NCBI GenBank assembly: GCA_028353405.1
Contig: JAOMOG010000006.1
Coordinates: forward strand, 8,566-72,565
Direction: 5' to 3'
Source: Candidatus Poseidoniaceae archaeon
GTDB taxonomy: Archaea > Thermoplasmatota > Poseidoniia > Poseidoniales > Poseidoniaceae
DNA: 64,000 nt
Shown piece after piece: positions 1 through 8,941 of this stretch. The notes beneath the pieces were generated by a model that was given only the letters and a program-made list of their open reading frames with translations, did no database searches and was not told where the DNA came from. Each line of letters begins with the position of its first letter. Position 1 is the first letter of the stretch. The translations under genes and the position numbers were made by a program.

Positions 1-628
1 ACGAACTTCATTGCTTACAGGTGGCCTTCCAGTCTCGCTTGACATCAATAAGGGAATACATGATACCCAAAACCAAACAACCATTATCACATTGATTATT
101 CTCACTATCGTGTTGTGCTTTGTTTTTAGATCTATAAGACTAGGACTTTATTCTATGATTCCAGTTGCTGTGGTAATCTTGTGGCAACCATTACTGATGC
201 AAAACCCAGATGTCAGCATCAATATATTTACAGTTATGATAGGCACTATCGTGTTTGGAATAGGTGTTGATGATTCGATTCACGTAATGCATAGAATACA
301 AGAGGAAGGTGAGACTCCTAATGGAATCGCCACTTCTATAGAAGAAACTGGTCAGACTATATTTGAGACTACTTTTACTACGATAGCAGGTATCTCTGCG
401 GGATTCTTAGCAGCTTTCCCAGGTCTTGAAAATTTCTTCATGATAATGTGCATGCTAATTTTCTTTGCTTTCCTTACCAGCGCATTCTTACTTCCCGCAA
501 TATTTACTCTAGAACATTCCATTAGAGCAAAAATACGTGGTGAAAGCAGTTGGATCGATTTCGGAGATGGAATCTCTCTCGCAAGTGAATTGTCAATGAA
601 TCCTATGGATGCATTACTAGAAGATTAG
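1..628 (+). CDS. RND/MMPL-superfamily exporter, C-terminal fragment (5' end lies outside the window)
   Basis: The frame is open from the window edge to TAG at 626-628. It has several hydrophobic helices and the motif GIGVDDSIHVMHRIQEE, typical of COG1033/MMPL-type exporters. Confidence 0.6.
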   Translation, partial: RTSLLTGGLPVSLDINKGIHDTQNQTTIITLIILTIVLCFVFRSIRLGLYSMIPVAVVILWQPLLMQNPDVSINIFTVMIGTIVFGIGVDDSIHVMHRIQEEGETPNGIATSIEETGQTIFETTFTTIAGISAGFLAAFPGLENFFMIMCMLIFFAFLTSAFLLPAIFTLEHSIRAKIRGESSWIDFGDGISLASELSMNPMDALLED

Positions 629-934
629 GGGAGGGAGAAGGGAGTAAGCCCCTTTCTGTTACCTTTCGGCGACCACATTCAACTAAGCGTCCTACCTGCT
701 ACAGAGCGTGCAGCTCTATCGTAGCGGTTTGGACTTGCTCCAGTGGGGTTGTTCGTCTCATCGACAACAAGGCAATCTCCGTCTTTCAACATCATTGTAC
801 ACACCCTGTATCGTTCGTTTCTGCAGCATTAACCTAAACATCTCTGTTTTTTCACTTCTGCGAACCACTTGCACTTTGGAGAGGGGACTTTCCTCAGAGT
901 CTAACTCTGTCAGCGGTCCTCCTTCTCCCTCCAA
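628..934 (-). ncRNA. rnpB: RNase P RNA (archaeal type A-like)
   Basis: The minus-strand read has a 12-bp terminal helix, GGAGGGAGAAGG (rc of 921-932) pairing with CCUUCUCCCUCC (rc of 630-641). It has a P3-like hairpin CAGAGUUAGACUCUG (rc of 895-909) and CR-I GAGGAAAGUCC (rc of 885-895). CR-V ACAGAAAGGGGCUUA (rc of 645-659) can pair with AAGUCCCC to form P4. The length is about 300 nt. The exact ends are uncertain by a few nt. Confidence 0.8.
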
Positions 935-1004
935 GCAATGCTTCTGCATCACTCATTTCAACTTCTCGCAAATCCCAAAGTGAAAAATTGCTGTCAAAAT
1001 AGAC

Positions 1005-4000
1005 TTAATCGTACGGATTTTCACCAGGCGAACTACCATCATGCATACCAGAATAATCTTCTTGAGCAGTTACTTCTTCTTCATTTTTCTTCTTCGTTTT
1101 AGCAAACTCTTCTAGACTCGGTAGCGAATCAGTTGCGCGATTTTGCTTCGAAGGATTGAACTTACGTTCTGAATTGTCACTATCCTTCAAACCGTATGCG
1201 ATCAAGCCAACTAATGATACTGATAACAATATTATTATTATCAATAAAATTGGATTAATTTCACCAACACTGGCAAAAACACCTTCTGATTTCGCTGCAT
1301 CAACGTGGACACTTGCTGTTTGTGTACTTGGCCCATTGATAATATGGAATTCTATCCACATTGTCCCCACACGGTCTGGTGTCCAAGAATGAGTATAAGC
1401 GATGTTTCCACCTGCTTCAAGTGTTATTTCTCTAGCATCTAAACGAGTTCTTGCCCCATTACTCTCAACTAATTCCAGCACAAATTGAGCACTGCCTTCT
1501 GCTTTACCATCATTACTTATCAAGACCGCCAAATCTACTTGTTCATTGGCATGTAATTCCTTGCTAGGCGACATTTGTGGAGTGGAGAAGACATAATTTG
1601 CAACTCTTTGCTCAATAATCCAAACCGATAATGGGGCATCAATATCATTGAATGTCTTTGAGATTTGGTGTCCCGCCTTATCTTCCCCCGTAACCCAAAT
1701 TCGCAATTCTAAATTTTGTGCCCGTAATTCTTGGCTCAATTCTGCTCCTAGGTCTAATTGTGCCTTGCAAGGTATTGATTCTCCAACCAATTTACCGCCT
1801 AGAATGTTTAGTGGACTAGTTCCATTGACAACGGCGTCAACATTAAGTCCAAGACCTGCAGGATATACTGCCCAATTAAGAATAAGTGATTGTGCATTTA
1901 TTTGCTCATCTTCAGAAATAATTATTTCAAAGGTGATTTCATCCCAATCCTTTTCATTTATCACGCTATTATGTACTGGACTATTGACACTGATAATTTT
2001 AGGAGACACCTCATCGATAATAAACCAGCCAAAAGGAGTCTGGGGGCCTTTGTCAATAGCACCATTAGGTGGATCAAATATTGTACCAGTTAATGCATAT
2101 GTTCCAGGCTCTAAAGGTGAGATTATAGTTCCAGAGAATTCACCATCGACATATTCAATTTCAACATCACTATCTGACAGTGAAAACATCAAATCAAGTG
2201 GTTGTGTTACATCTCTACCGCTACGATACCAATCGATTCCACCTGAAATGCCAATATCGGTTCTTGGAGTAATCCATTCGGCTAAGCCTTCGATTACTTC
2301 GCCACCAGTCGATAGCGCTAATTCGTCTCTTTCAACAATTAATTCACCCGAAAACTTCCAATCTAAACTAGATAAATCAAAATTATTTGACTGGCCTTGA
2401 TAATCACGAACCATAAGGTGGGGTCTCCTCAACTGACTTACATCCGGATTGAATCCCCACTCCAAAGAGAAGTTGACAGTGAACAATCCCTCTGGAGAAA
2501 ACACGTTAGTGGAATCCAGTGGAATTAAACCACATGATTCTATATTGAGATAAATTTCTGATGAATAACAAGTTTGGTTAGAACCAAACCAAACAATTTC
2601 AACTCTATCAAAGGTATTACCAGATAGTGCCAAATTGATTTCAGAAATATCACTTATACCATTGCTGTCCCATATTGAAACTTCGATAATGTTTGACTCT
2701 CCAGGATGCATCCATACATTTTCACCCAATCCCCAATCATTTACATTTGAACCCAAACTTGGAGCACCATCACTTCGCAACTGTACATTGAATAATGGTT
2801 CTTGATACGAACCTGAATTAGCCAGCATGTTTCCAGCAGGGTCAGCAATCTCCAACCATGCAGAGAAATACGAGCCGTCGAGTGCAAGAGAAGTATTCAT
2901 CTCCAATGTATAATCTGCTTGAAGATGTGTCAAATGCATCGGTAGAATCAAGTCCTTGACAACTACCTCGCTTTCATCCATTAAACCATCCATGTTGGTA
3001 TCGTCTAACCAAGATCTCCACATATGCGCCTTTGCATGACTTGGTAATACTGGCCTGTCGGCTATTTGGAAATTGAATTCATTTCTTGGGGAAATATCAC
3101 GATGATCGAATTGTTCAACATCCATAGAGATCATTAATGGTGCGACTATATCAAATTCAAATGTCAAGTTATTATCGGTTTCATATCCAACTCCTTGCCC
3201 TTTCAGAGGTTCAAGAACAATTTCTAAATCCACTGAACTTTTACCGATTGGTACAAAATATGGCAATGAAACAATTCCATCTACGGTCATGGACGAAGTG
3301 CTTACTTCGACCCCATCTTCAAGCAATCTAACCAAGGTTTGCCCAGGTCGGGGTGATGGGCTCATCCAAACATCTTCAAAGCCCAATACAGCTTCAATAA
3401 TTACTTCTTGACCTGGATTGAGGTATGGTGAAGATTCTGTTGAATGCACTCCATTTGAAGAAACAACTGACCACGATTTTAGTGTCACATCGTTTTCAAC
3501 TCCTGCTGAATCCCCAAGACCAAAGTCCTTGTTTACTGGAATCATTGGGCCTGAAGGTGCAATTAAAAATACAGATAATGATAGTGAAGATTCATCATCC
3601 CAAGATTCTGGGAACTTGAATTGATACTCCACTTGGAGATATTGACCTCCATCGATTACAGAAATCCGGCCATCTGCTCCAGAATGAGTCCATAATAAAT
3701 TGACACCAGATAGTGTACATCCTGTAATGCTGGAACCGGTCATATTCAATGAAATCACTGGGCATCTAATTGAAGAAGATTGATTTTGCCCACTTAATTT
3801 CATCTCTACCATCCATCCATTAGACTTAGCATGGGAAAGTGCATTAGGTACGTTTAAGTTAGAGAAATCAAAGACACCCTCAACTTCATACCAATCTACA
3901 CTTGGAGTAAAAGTATCCTCCACATTACTGACTGATATTGAAACTGGAGCAACGGATGATTGCGAAGTAATTCCTTCAACTGTTAATCTAATCGCTCCTG

Positions 4001-6068
4001 TACTACTCATCCGCACTGGCAATTTTACTTCCTTTACGCCCGCAATAGGAACAATAGAACTCAATTCAGTATTCAGTGCTAAAATCAGAGCACTTGTCGC
4101 AGAAAATGATAGATCTAAATCCGCATCCCATGGAGCAAATATTCCACCCATCATAACTTCAGCTGGAGTTTCCGAAGACCCGACTCTAATTGTGACAACT
4201 TTCTTGGAAAAGGTATTTGCTCCACCTAGTGCGTTATTTAGAGAAGTTAATTCACCTGATGTTAAGGTGATTTGTTGGCACATCAGTAAGTTGGTTAATG
4301 GTTTGTTGATGATAGAGGTTCCTTCTACTGAAAATGTCACATATGGGCTTTTCATTTCTACATCACTTGCTAAAGCAAATGAAAAATCACTTACTCCGCT
4401 TGCTGGCAATAATAATTCAAAGTATGATGCTGCTGTTGGAATTGAATTAGAACTCTTCCAACCAGAACCAAATCTATGTTCATCTTGTATACCGAAACGG
4501 CCATCTCCTGGGTTGTTCAAAGACCAGTCAGAAATACCATCTAACCCCACATCAATTCGAAGTCCATCTGCAACTGATGTATGAATTAATTCTACATTAA
4601 AAACATCAATATTACAAGTGCCGCTTGAGGTGAATTTGAATTGGACCATGAATTCTGGTGAAGTTAAAGATTCAATAGTATCACTGGCTAATGTATTCCA
4701 TGACTGCTCATTACCTATCTTGTATTGTAAGGTACAGCCGCTATTCATAACGGAATTACTAGCGATAGCACCGAAACCAGACCTCATTCTATAGATTGGA
4801 GACAATACATCAGAAGTTCCGCTAATGACTCCATTTGACCAAGTTCCGCCTTGTAATTGCCAACCGATTCTGTTCGGGTCATCTATGAAATCTTCAATTA
4901 TCTTGCCATCAAAATAAATCCCGTTAATGATAGGAGCACTAGCACCTTGGCCTGTTCCCATATGAATTTTCATTCTAACAGAAGGATACTTTTGCCAATC
5001 TATCATTCCGAAATCCATGCTAGTAGTTTCAAAATGTGAATATTGAGGAATCAATAGGCCAGTTGAAGCATCCACCAAACTCCATTCAAATAATGATCCA
5101 GGAGGCACGATTGCATCCATATACATCATTCCAAATGCCCTATCTTCTCCCATTCCTAAAGAAAGAGGGCTGATGGGTTGTGATGTCCAATTACCTTCTC
5201 CAGCAGAAGTGCCCCCCGCAGGTTCGATTTCTACATCATCTACATTCCATCCTGTATATTGGACTGAACCATCAGAGGACCCCAAACCGAAACGAACTTG
5301 GAAACTCGGATTATTCTGAATATAATTTGTGATGCTGATCGTTTGTTGAACAAAGGAGCCATCGTTGGTGGTAATTTGTGGATTGGACCAGACATTGACC
5401 CAAGACCCAGTCGAACTTTTCACAGACACATATGCATGGTCATAGTAAGAACTCTCAACGCCAAGCATCTTATCAAATTTGAGATTCCAAGACCCTGAAC
5501 AACCGCTGCAATTCATTACTGGAGATGTAGCCCAGTACGGCCCTCCCATGTAGGTTGGGTAGTTCCCATTGTAGGTGTAGATTGCACTCGTACCACTACT
5601 GACGCCACCTGATATCGTATCTGAGCCATAGAACCAGGTGTTTGAACCAGTAAATGTAAACGGGTTAACCCCTTCAAAGTCATAGCTCCATCCTTGCGGT
5701 AAAATAGTCAATGATGTACCATTTACATCCATTCCGCCATATACTGTATCGGTTGAGTAATCTGTTGAATCATCCCATGAAAAGGCGTTTGAAGTGGTTA
5801 ATGTTGCGGCTTCAATATTGAGATCAAGTGATTGAATCGCTTCTCCATCTGGAACTGAAATACTGACCTTCTGGTTAGAACCATCTGGGAATGAACCGAC
5901 TGTCAACAAACTACTTTGACCAATCGGAGTAGATGCAGACTTGGTAGTTTGTAAATCGAAGTCGCTGCTATCTTGATTAGAAATCAGCCCAGCAAAGGTA
6001 GAAATTAAGAACACGAAAACGAGGGCAAACGCCACAGATCTACAACCGGCATCTGCTCCCATAATCAC
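1005..6068 (-). CDS. Giant cell-surface protein (1687 aa) with type-I membrane topology
   Basis: A 5-kb uninterrupted ORF. It has an N-terminal hydrophobic signal/anchor (VAFALVFVFLISTFAGLI), a Ser/Thr/Asn/Gly-rich ectodomain, one C-terminal TM helix (ILLIIIILLSVSLVGLIAYGL) and a charged cytoplasmic tail. I recognise no catalytic motif. Confidence 0.8.
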   Translation of the reverse strand: MIMGADAGCRSVAFALVFVFLISTFAGLISNQDSSDFDLQTTKSASTPIGQSSLLTVGSFPDGSNQKVSISVPDGEAIQSLDLNIEAATLTTSNAFSWDDSTDYSTDTVYGGMDVNGTSLTILPQGWSYDFEGVNPFTFTGSNTWFYGSDTISGGVSSGTSAIYTYNGNYPTYMGGPYWATSPVMNCSGCSGSWNLKFDKMLGVESSYYDHAYVSVKSSTGSWVNVWSNPQITTNDGSFVQQTISITNYIQNNPSFQVRFGLGSSDGSVQYTGWNVDDVEIEPAGGTSAGEGNWTSQPISPLSLGMGEDRAFGMMYMDAIVPPGSLFEWSLVDASTGLLIPQYSHFETTSMDFGMIDWQKYPSVRMKIHMGTGQGASAPIINGIYFDGKIIEDFIDDPNRIGWQLQGGTWSNGVISGTSDVLSPIYRMRSGFGAIASNSVMNSGCTLQYKIGNEQSWNTLASDTIESLTSPEFMVQFKFTSSGTCNIDVFNVELIHTSVADGLRIDVGLDGISDWSLNNPGDGRFGIQDEHRFGSGWKSSNSIPTAASYFELLLPASGVSDFSFALASDVEMKSPYVTFSVEGTSIINKPLTNLLMCQQITLTSGELTSLNNALGGANTFSKKVVTIRVGSSETPAEVMMGGIFAPWDADLDLSFSATSALILALNTELSSIVPIAGVKEVKLPVRMSSTGAIRLTVEGITSQSSVAPVSISVSNVEDTFTPSVDWYEVEGVFDFSNLNVPNALSHAKSNGWMVEMKLSGQNQSSSIRCPVISLNMTGSSITGCTLSGVNLLWTHSGADGRISVIDGGQYLQVEYQFKFPESWDDESSLSLSVFLIAPSGPMIPVNKDFGLGDSAGVENDVTLKSWSVVSSNGVHSTESSPYLNPGQEVIIEAVLGFEDVWMSPSPRPGQTLVRLLEDGVEVSTSSMTVDGIVSLPYFVPIGKSSVDLEIVLEPLKGQGVGYETDNNLTFEFDIVAPLMISMDVEQFDHRDISPRNEFNFQIADRPVLPSHAKAHMWRSWLDDTNMDGLMDESEVVVKDLILPMHLTHLQADYTLEMNTSLALDGSYFSAWLEIADPAGNMLANSGSYQEPLFNVQLRSDGAPSLGSNVNDWGLGENVWMHPGESNIIEVSIWDSNGISDISEINLALSGNTFDRVEIVWFGSNQTCYSSEIYLNIESCGLIPLDSTNVFSPEGLFTVNFSLEWGFNPDVSQLRRPHLMVRDYQGQSNNFDLSSLDWKFSGELIVERDELALSTGGEVIEGLAEWITPRTDIGISGGIDWYRSGRDVTQPLDLMFSLSDSDVEIEYVDGEFSGTIISPLEPGTYALTGTIFDPPNGAIDKGPQTPFGWFIIDEVSPKIISVNSPVHNSVINEKDWDEITFEIIISEDEQINAQSLILNWAVYPAGLGLNVDAVVNGTSPLNILGGKLVGESIPCKAQLDLGAELSQELRAQNLELRIWVTGEDKAGHQISKTFNDIDAPLSVWIIEQRVANYVFSTPQMSPSKELHANEQVDLAVLISNDGKAEGSAQFVLELVESNGARTRLDAREITLEAGGNIAYTHSWTPDRVGTMWIEFHIINGPSTQTASVHVDAAKSEGVFASVGEINPILLIIIILLSVSLVGLIAYGLKDSDNSERKFNPSKQNRATDSLPSLEEFAKTKKKNEEEVTAQEDYSGMHDGSSPGENPYD

Positions 6069-6144
6069 TATACATCAATACTAGACTGAAAAGACTTTTG
6101 ACTTCCCTCAATGATGAAATATTGCAAACTGTGCGAAAAGCATC

Positions 6145-6876
6145 ATGAACTATATTCAACACCCTCTGTCTATGGCAGATGTTGAGCAACTAAAGAAAGA
6201 GGCGGGAATAGCGGCATGCTCATTCGTAAAAACAGGTATGAAAGTAGGTCTTGGTACAGGTTCAACAGTAAAACATACCGTCATCGAATTAGGACGTATG
6301 ATCGCTGAAGAAGGTTTGGATATCGTTGGCGTCCCGACATCGCTTGCAACTGAGAAGTTGGCGATAGAAGTTGGAATCCCGCTCGTAAAATTATCTAGTA
6401 TTGATGGATTGGATATCGTCATTGACGGTGCTGATGAGTACGACCCAAAATTCCAACTTATCAAGGGTGGCGGGGCCGCATTATTACGTGAAAAAATAGT
6501 AGTCCAAGAATCTTCGGCAATGGTAGTAGTTGCAGATGATAGAAAAAGAGTTGATGTTCTTGGAGCATTTCCTCTCCCTATTGAAATAACTCCTTTCTCT
6601 AGTAGCGCTACAATTCGTGCGCTCGGAAGACTACTCGACTGTAGAGTCAATTGTAGAATGGCAGGAGATAACGCCGTTGTAACCGATAATGGCAATCTAA
6701 TCGCCGATGCACATTGTGGCCCCACTATTAGCAATCCTGAAAAGATGGAAGCAGAGATATTGAACATAGCGGGAGTAGTTCAAGTTGGACTGTTCAATAA
6801 CATGTGTGATGCTGTAGTTTTGGCTGGGGCAAATGGTGTAGAAACCCACATCAATCAAGTTGGAAGACTAGCTTGA
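6145..6876 (+). CDS. rpiA: Ribose-5-phosphate isomerase A
   Basis: Contains GLGTGSTV, DGADE and KGGGAALLREK, the RpiA signature blocks. The length of 243 aa fits. Confidence 0.9.
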   Translation: MNYIQHPLSMADVEQLKKEAGIAACSFVKTGMKVGLGTGSTVKHTVIELGRMIAEEGLDIVGVPTSLATEKLAIEVGIPLVKLSSIDGLDIVIDGADEYDPKFQLIKGGGAALLREKIVVQESSAMVVVADDRKRVDVLGAFPLPIEITPFSSSATIRALGRLLDCRVNCRMAGDNAVVTDNGNLIADAHCGPTISNPEKMEAEILNIAGVVQVGLFNNMCDAVVLAGANGVETHINQVGRLA

Positions 6877-6917
6877 TTCAACACCCCACTCCAGTAAACA
6901 AATTACACTGTCAATGG

Positions 6918-6924
6918 TTAAATA
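6918..6924 (+). promoter_or_regulatory. Candidate archaeal TATA box for tRNA-Lys
   Basis: TTAAATA is centred about 25 nt upstream of the predicted tRNA 5' end at 6946. The call rests on position only. Confidence 0.3.
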
Positions 6925-6945
6925 CGGGTTGCAAGAGGGCGGCAT

Positions 6946-7019
6946 GGGCCTGTAGCTTAGTCAGGTAGAGCGATGGACTCTTAATCCATCGGTCGCGGGT
7001 TCGAACCCCGTCAGGCCCG
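6946..7019 (+). tRNA. tRNA-Lys (anticodon CUU)
   Basis: Cloverleaf read by eye. Acceptor GGGCCTG/CAGGCCC, anticodon stem ATGGA/TCCAT with loop CTCTTAA (CUU), T-arm GCGGG TTCGAAC CCCGT, discriminator G. No CCA is encoded. Confidence 0.9.
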
Positions 7020-7050
7020 CCTTACAGACCAACAAACCATTGTAGTATCA

Positions 7051-7341
7051 TCAATTGTTGATTATTCCAATCACCAAGTTTGTATTAACTGGTCCAAAGT
7101 TATGTGAATCTTCACTTGCTAATGGATCGGGATTATCTCCTTGAAGAAATAATTTTTCATCTTCAAGTATTTGTTTAATCCTTTTGACAATAATAACTTC
7201 AGACTTTAGTGGATGCTTTGAAACAATAATATCACCCACAGTAAGAACTTTCTTACTTACTTTACTAGCGGTTATTTTGTCACCATCACAGTATGTTGGC
7301 CACATTGAATCACCACGAATTATTACGTGGAAATCTGACAT
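7051..7341 (-). CDS. sodX: S26/S24-type signal-peptidase-like protease, probable NiSOD maturation protease
   Basis: Contains GDSMWPTY, VKRI and GDN...S.DS blocks of the signal peptidase I/LexA fold. It lies immediately downstream of sodN. I chose the ATG at 7341. An upstream GTG at 7371 would overlap the end of sodN. Confidence 0.65.
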   Translation of the reverse strand: MSDFHVIIRGDSMWPTYCDGDKITASKVSKKVLTVGDIIVSKHPLKSEVIIVKRIKQILEDEKLFLQGDNPDPLASEDSHNFGPVNTNLVIGIINN

Positions 7342-7360
7342 TATTAGCCCTCGTTTTGGT

Positions 7361-7810
7361 TCAAGATGCACGAACCCAAGCGACTTCTCTTCCCTTTACT
7401 GCCCAGAACATATTATGAATGGCTTCGATAGCATCCATTAGTTCTTGAGCGTGGACTGCAGAGACTTCTACCTTACAAGCAGAACATAGTTTTGCTGCCT
7501 TCCAAAAGGTATCATGTAAAGTTGGGTTTGCTTCTAGATGAATCGGTTTGAAGAAATCTGTCCATAATACAAGTAATTCTGATTTGCACTTGTGACCTTC
7601 TTCTTCCTTGATTGCTGCATATCTACTCATTGTGTTAAGGTAGGCTGCCATTGCTGGTGCGTCAGAAGTTTCTGGGCACTCTAGAGTAAGCATCTTATTT
7701 GTCATTGATTGAACTGCTTCAGCGGCAATTCTTGCACTTGCAGGGTCATATACACCACATGGTCCATCACAGTGTGCTTCGGCTTCGATCGTTGGTAACT
7801 CGGTAGTCAT
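7361..7810 (-). CDS. sodN: Nickel-containing superoxide dismutase precursor
   Basis: A short leader (MTTELPTIEAEA) is followed by HCDGPCGVYDP, the Ni-hook motif (His-Cys-x-x-Pro-Cys-Gly-x-Tyr) at the mature N-terminus. I chose the internal ATG at 7810. The longer track ORF would overlap arcC. Confidence 0.9.
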   Translation of the reverse strand: MTTELPTIEAEAHCDGPCGVYDPASARIAAEAVQSMTNKMLTLECPETSDAPAMAAYLNTMSRYAAIKEEEGHKCKSELLVLWTDFFKPIHLEANPTLHDTFWKAAKLCSACKVEVSAVHAQELMDAIEAIHNMFWAVKGREVAWVRAS

Positions 7811-7886
7811 CAAATCGGCTAAAACGAATAGGCTTAATGAAGATACGCTTGCAAAGTTTTGCAATTTGCAAGGTAATCCAAGCACT

Positions 7887-8795
7887 TTATTGATGAATAG
7901 TAGTACCTGCTTCACCACGCAATGCCTTCAATGCATCACCTGGCTGACACAATACCGCTTTGCATTTTGGGTTATGCAGCGATGCTTCCATCAAGCTTCC
8001 AATCTTTGGCCCCATAGAACCGGCAGGAAATTCTCCTTCAGCAAGGAATTGCTCGCACTGATCTATTGTCAGATGCGTATGACTAGTCTCTGATACGCTA
8101 CCGAATCCAGTTTTGACACCATCGATGGCTGTCGAAATAATAAGTGCATCAGCCTGTAATTCTATTGCCAATAATGATGAAAGGCGGTCTTTGTCAATAA
8201 CTGCTGGAACGCCAACAAAGTGGTTTTTCTTTTTGACTACTGGAATACCTCCACCTCCACCACAAATAACAACTGCCTTTAGTTCAACTAATTTCTGAAT
8301 AACTTGTAGGTCTAAAACCCGCATCGGCAGTGGACTAGCAACAACTCTCCTCGGGCCGAGAACTGTCTCAGCAATATCCCAGTCAGCAGTCATAACGACA
8401 TCATTTGATAGAACTGGACCTACTGGTTTTGTTGGATACTGAAATCCTCTGTCCGCCTCATTAACTTCAACTCTCGTCAAAACAACTGCTGTCCTCTCAG
8501 GTCTTCTACGTCTCAGTAAAATAGAATCAAGATTGATGGATAACGAATGCCCAATCATCCCCTGTGTCGCTGCAACCCAACTATCCATGTCCTGGCTTTG
8601 GTCTGCATCCATTGCTAGCAAATGACCTACTTGCGGGCCATTTCCATGAGTGAGAATAACGCCCCATCCACCTTCCAATAGATCAACAACATCACTCATA
8701 ACTCTAGCAAGAACATGTGAAGTTTGTTGTACATCATCTCCCGAAGGAGAAGAGAGGGCATTGCCGCCTATGGCATACACTGCAATTTGACGCAT
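7887..8795 (-). CDS. arcC: Carbamate kinase
   Basis: Has the N-terminal IGGNAL motif and THGNGPQVG, and the 302-aa length fits the amino-acid kinase fold. Confidence 0.85.
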   Translation of the reverse strand: MRQIAVYAIGGNALSSPSGDDVQQTSHVLARVMSDVVDLLEGGWGVILTHGNGPQVGHLLAMDADQSQDMDSWVAATQGMIGHSLSINLDSILLRRRRPERTAVVLTRVEVNEADRGFQYPTKPVGPVLSNDVVMTADWDIAETVLGPRRVVASPLPMRVLDLQVIQKLVELKAVVICGGGGGIPVVKKKNHFVGVPAVIDKDRLSSLLAIELQADALIISTAIDGVKTGFGSVSETSHTHLTIDQCEQFLAEGEFPAGSMGPKIGSLMEASLHNPKCKAVLCQPGDALKALRGEAGTTIHQ

Positions 8796-8941
8796 GGTAA
8801 CAATTTACAATACTCCGTTTTGACACTTTGCTATAAATGATGTAACTAGTGGCCATTTTGGCTATTGTTTTTTATTTCCATTGATGTATTGTAGAGGGTG
8901 AACTTGAATTACGAGGCGATATAGGAAGAACCGGTGCGAAT

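Noticed and set aside
708-983. Track ORFs 708-983 (+) and 758-952 (-) in the gap after the exporter gene
   Set aside because: They overlap each other and coincide with a region that carries RNase P RNA hallmarks (P1, CR-I, CR-V). The translated sequences are Cys/Ser/Leu-rich and have no protein-like features.
1648-2400. 250-aa ORF, and several 60-130-aa ORFs, antisense inside the 1687-aa surface protein gene
   Set aside because: A 5-kb uninterrupted frame on the minus strand with coherent signal/TM topology is far more likely to be real. The antisense ORFs have no motifs.
6156-6767. 203-aa ORF antisense to rpiA
   Set aside because: rpiA on the + strand has unambiguous family motifs. The antisense translation is Ser/Thr/Ala/Ile-rich shadow sequence.
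6946-8795. A genomic island integrated at tRNA-Lys carrying sodX-sodN-arcC
   Set aside because: I could find no integrase, no recombinase and no direct repeat of the tRNA 3' end. It is kept only as a remark within the NiSOD finding.
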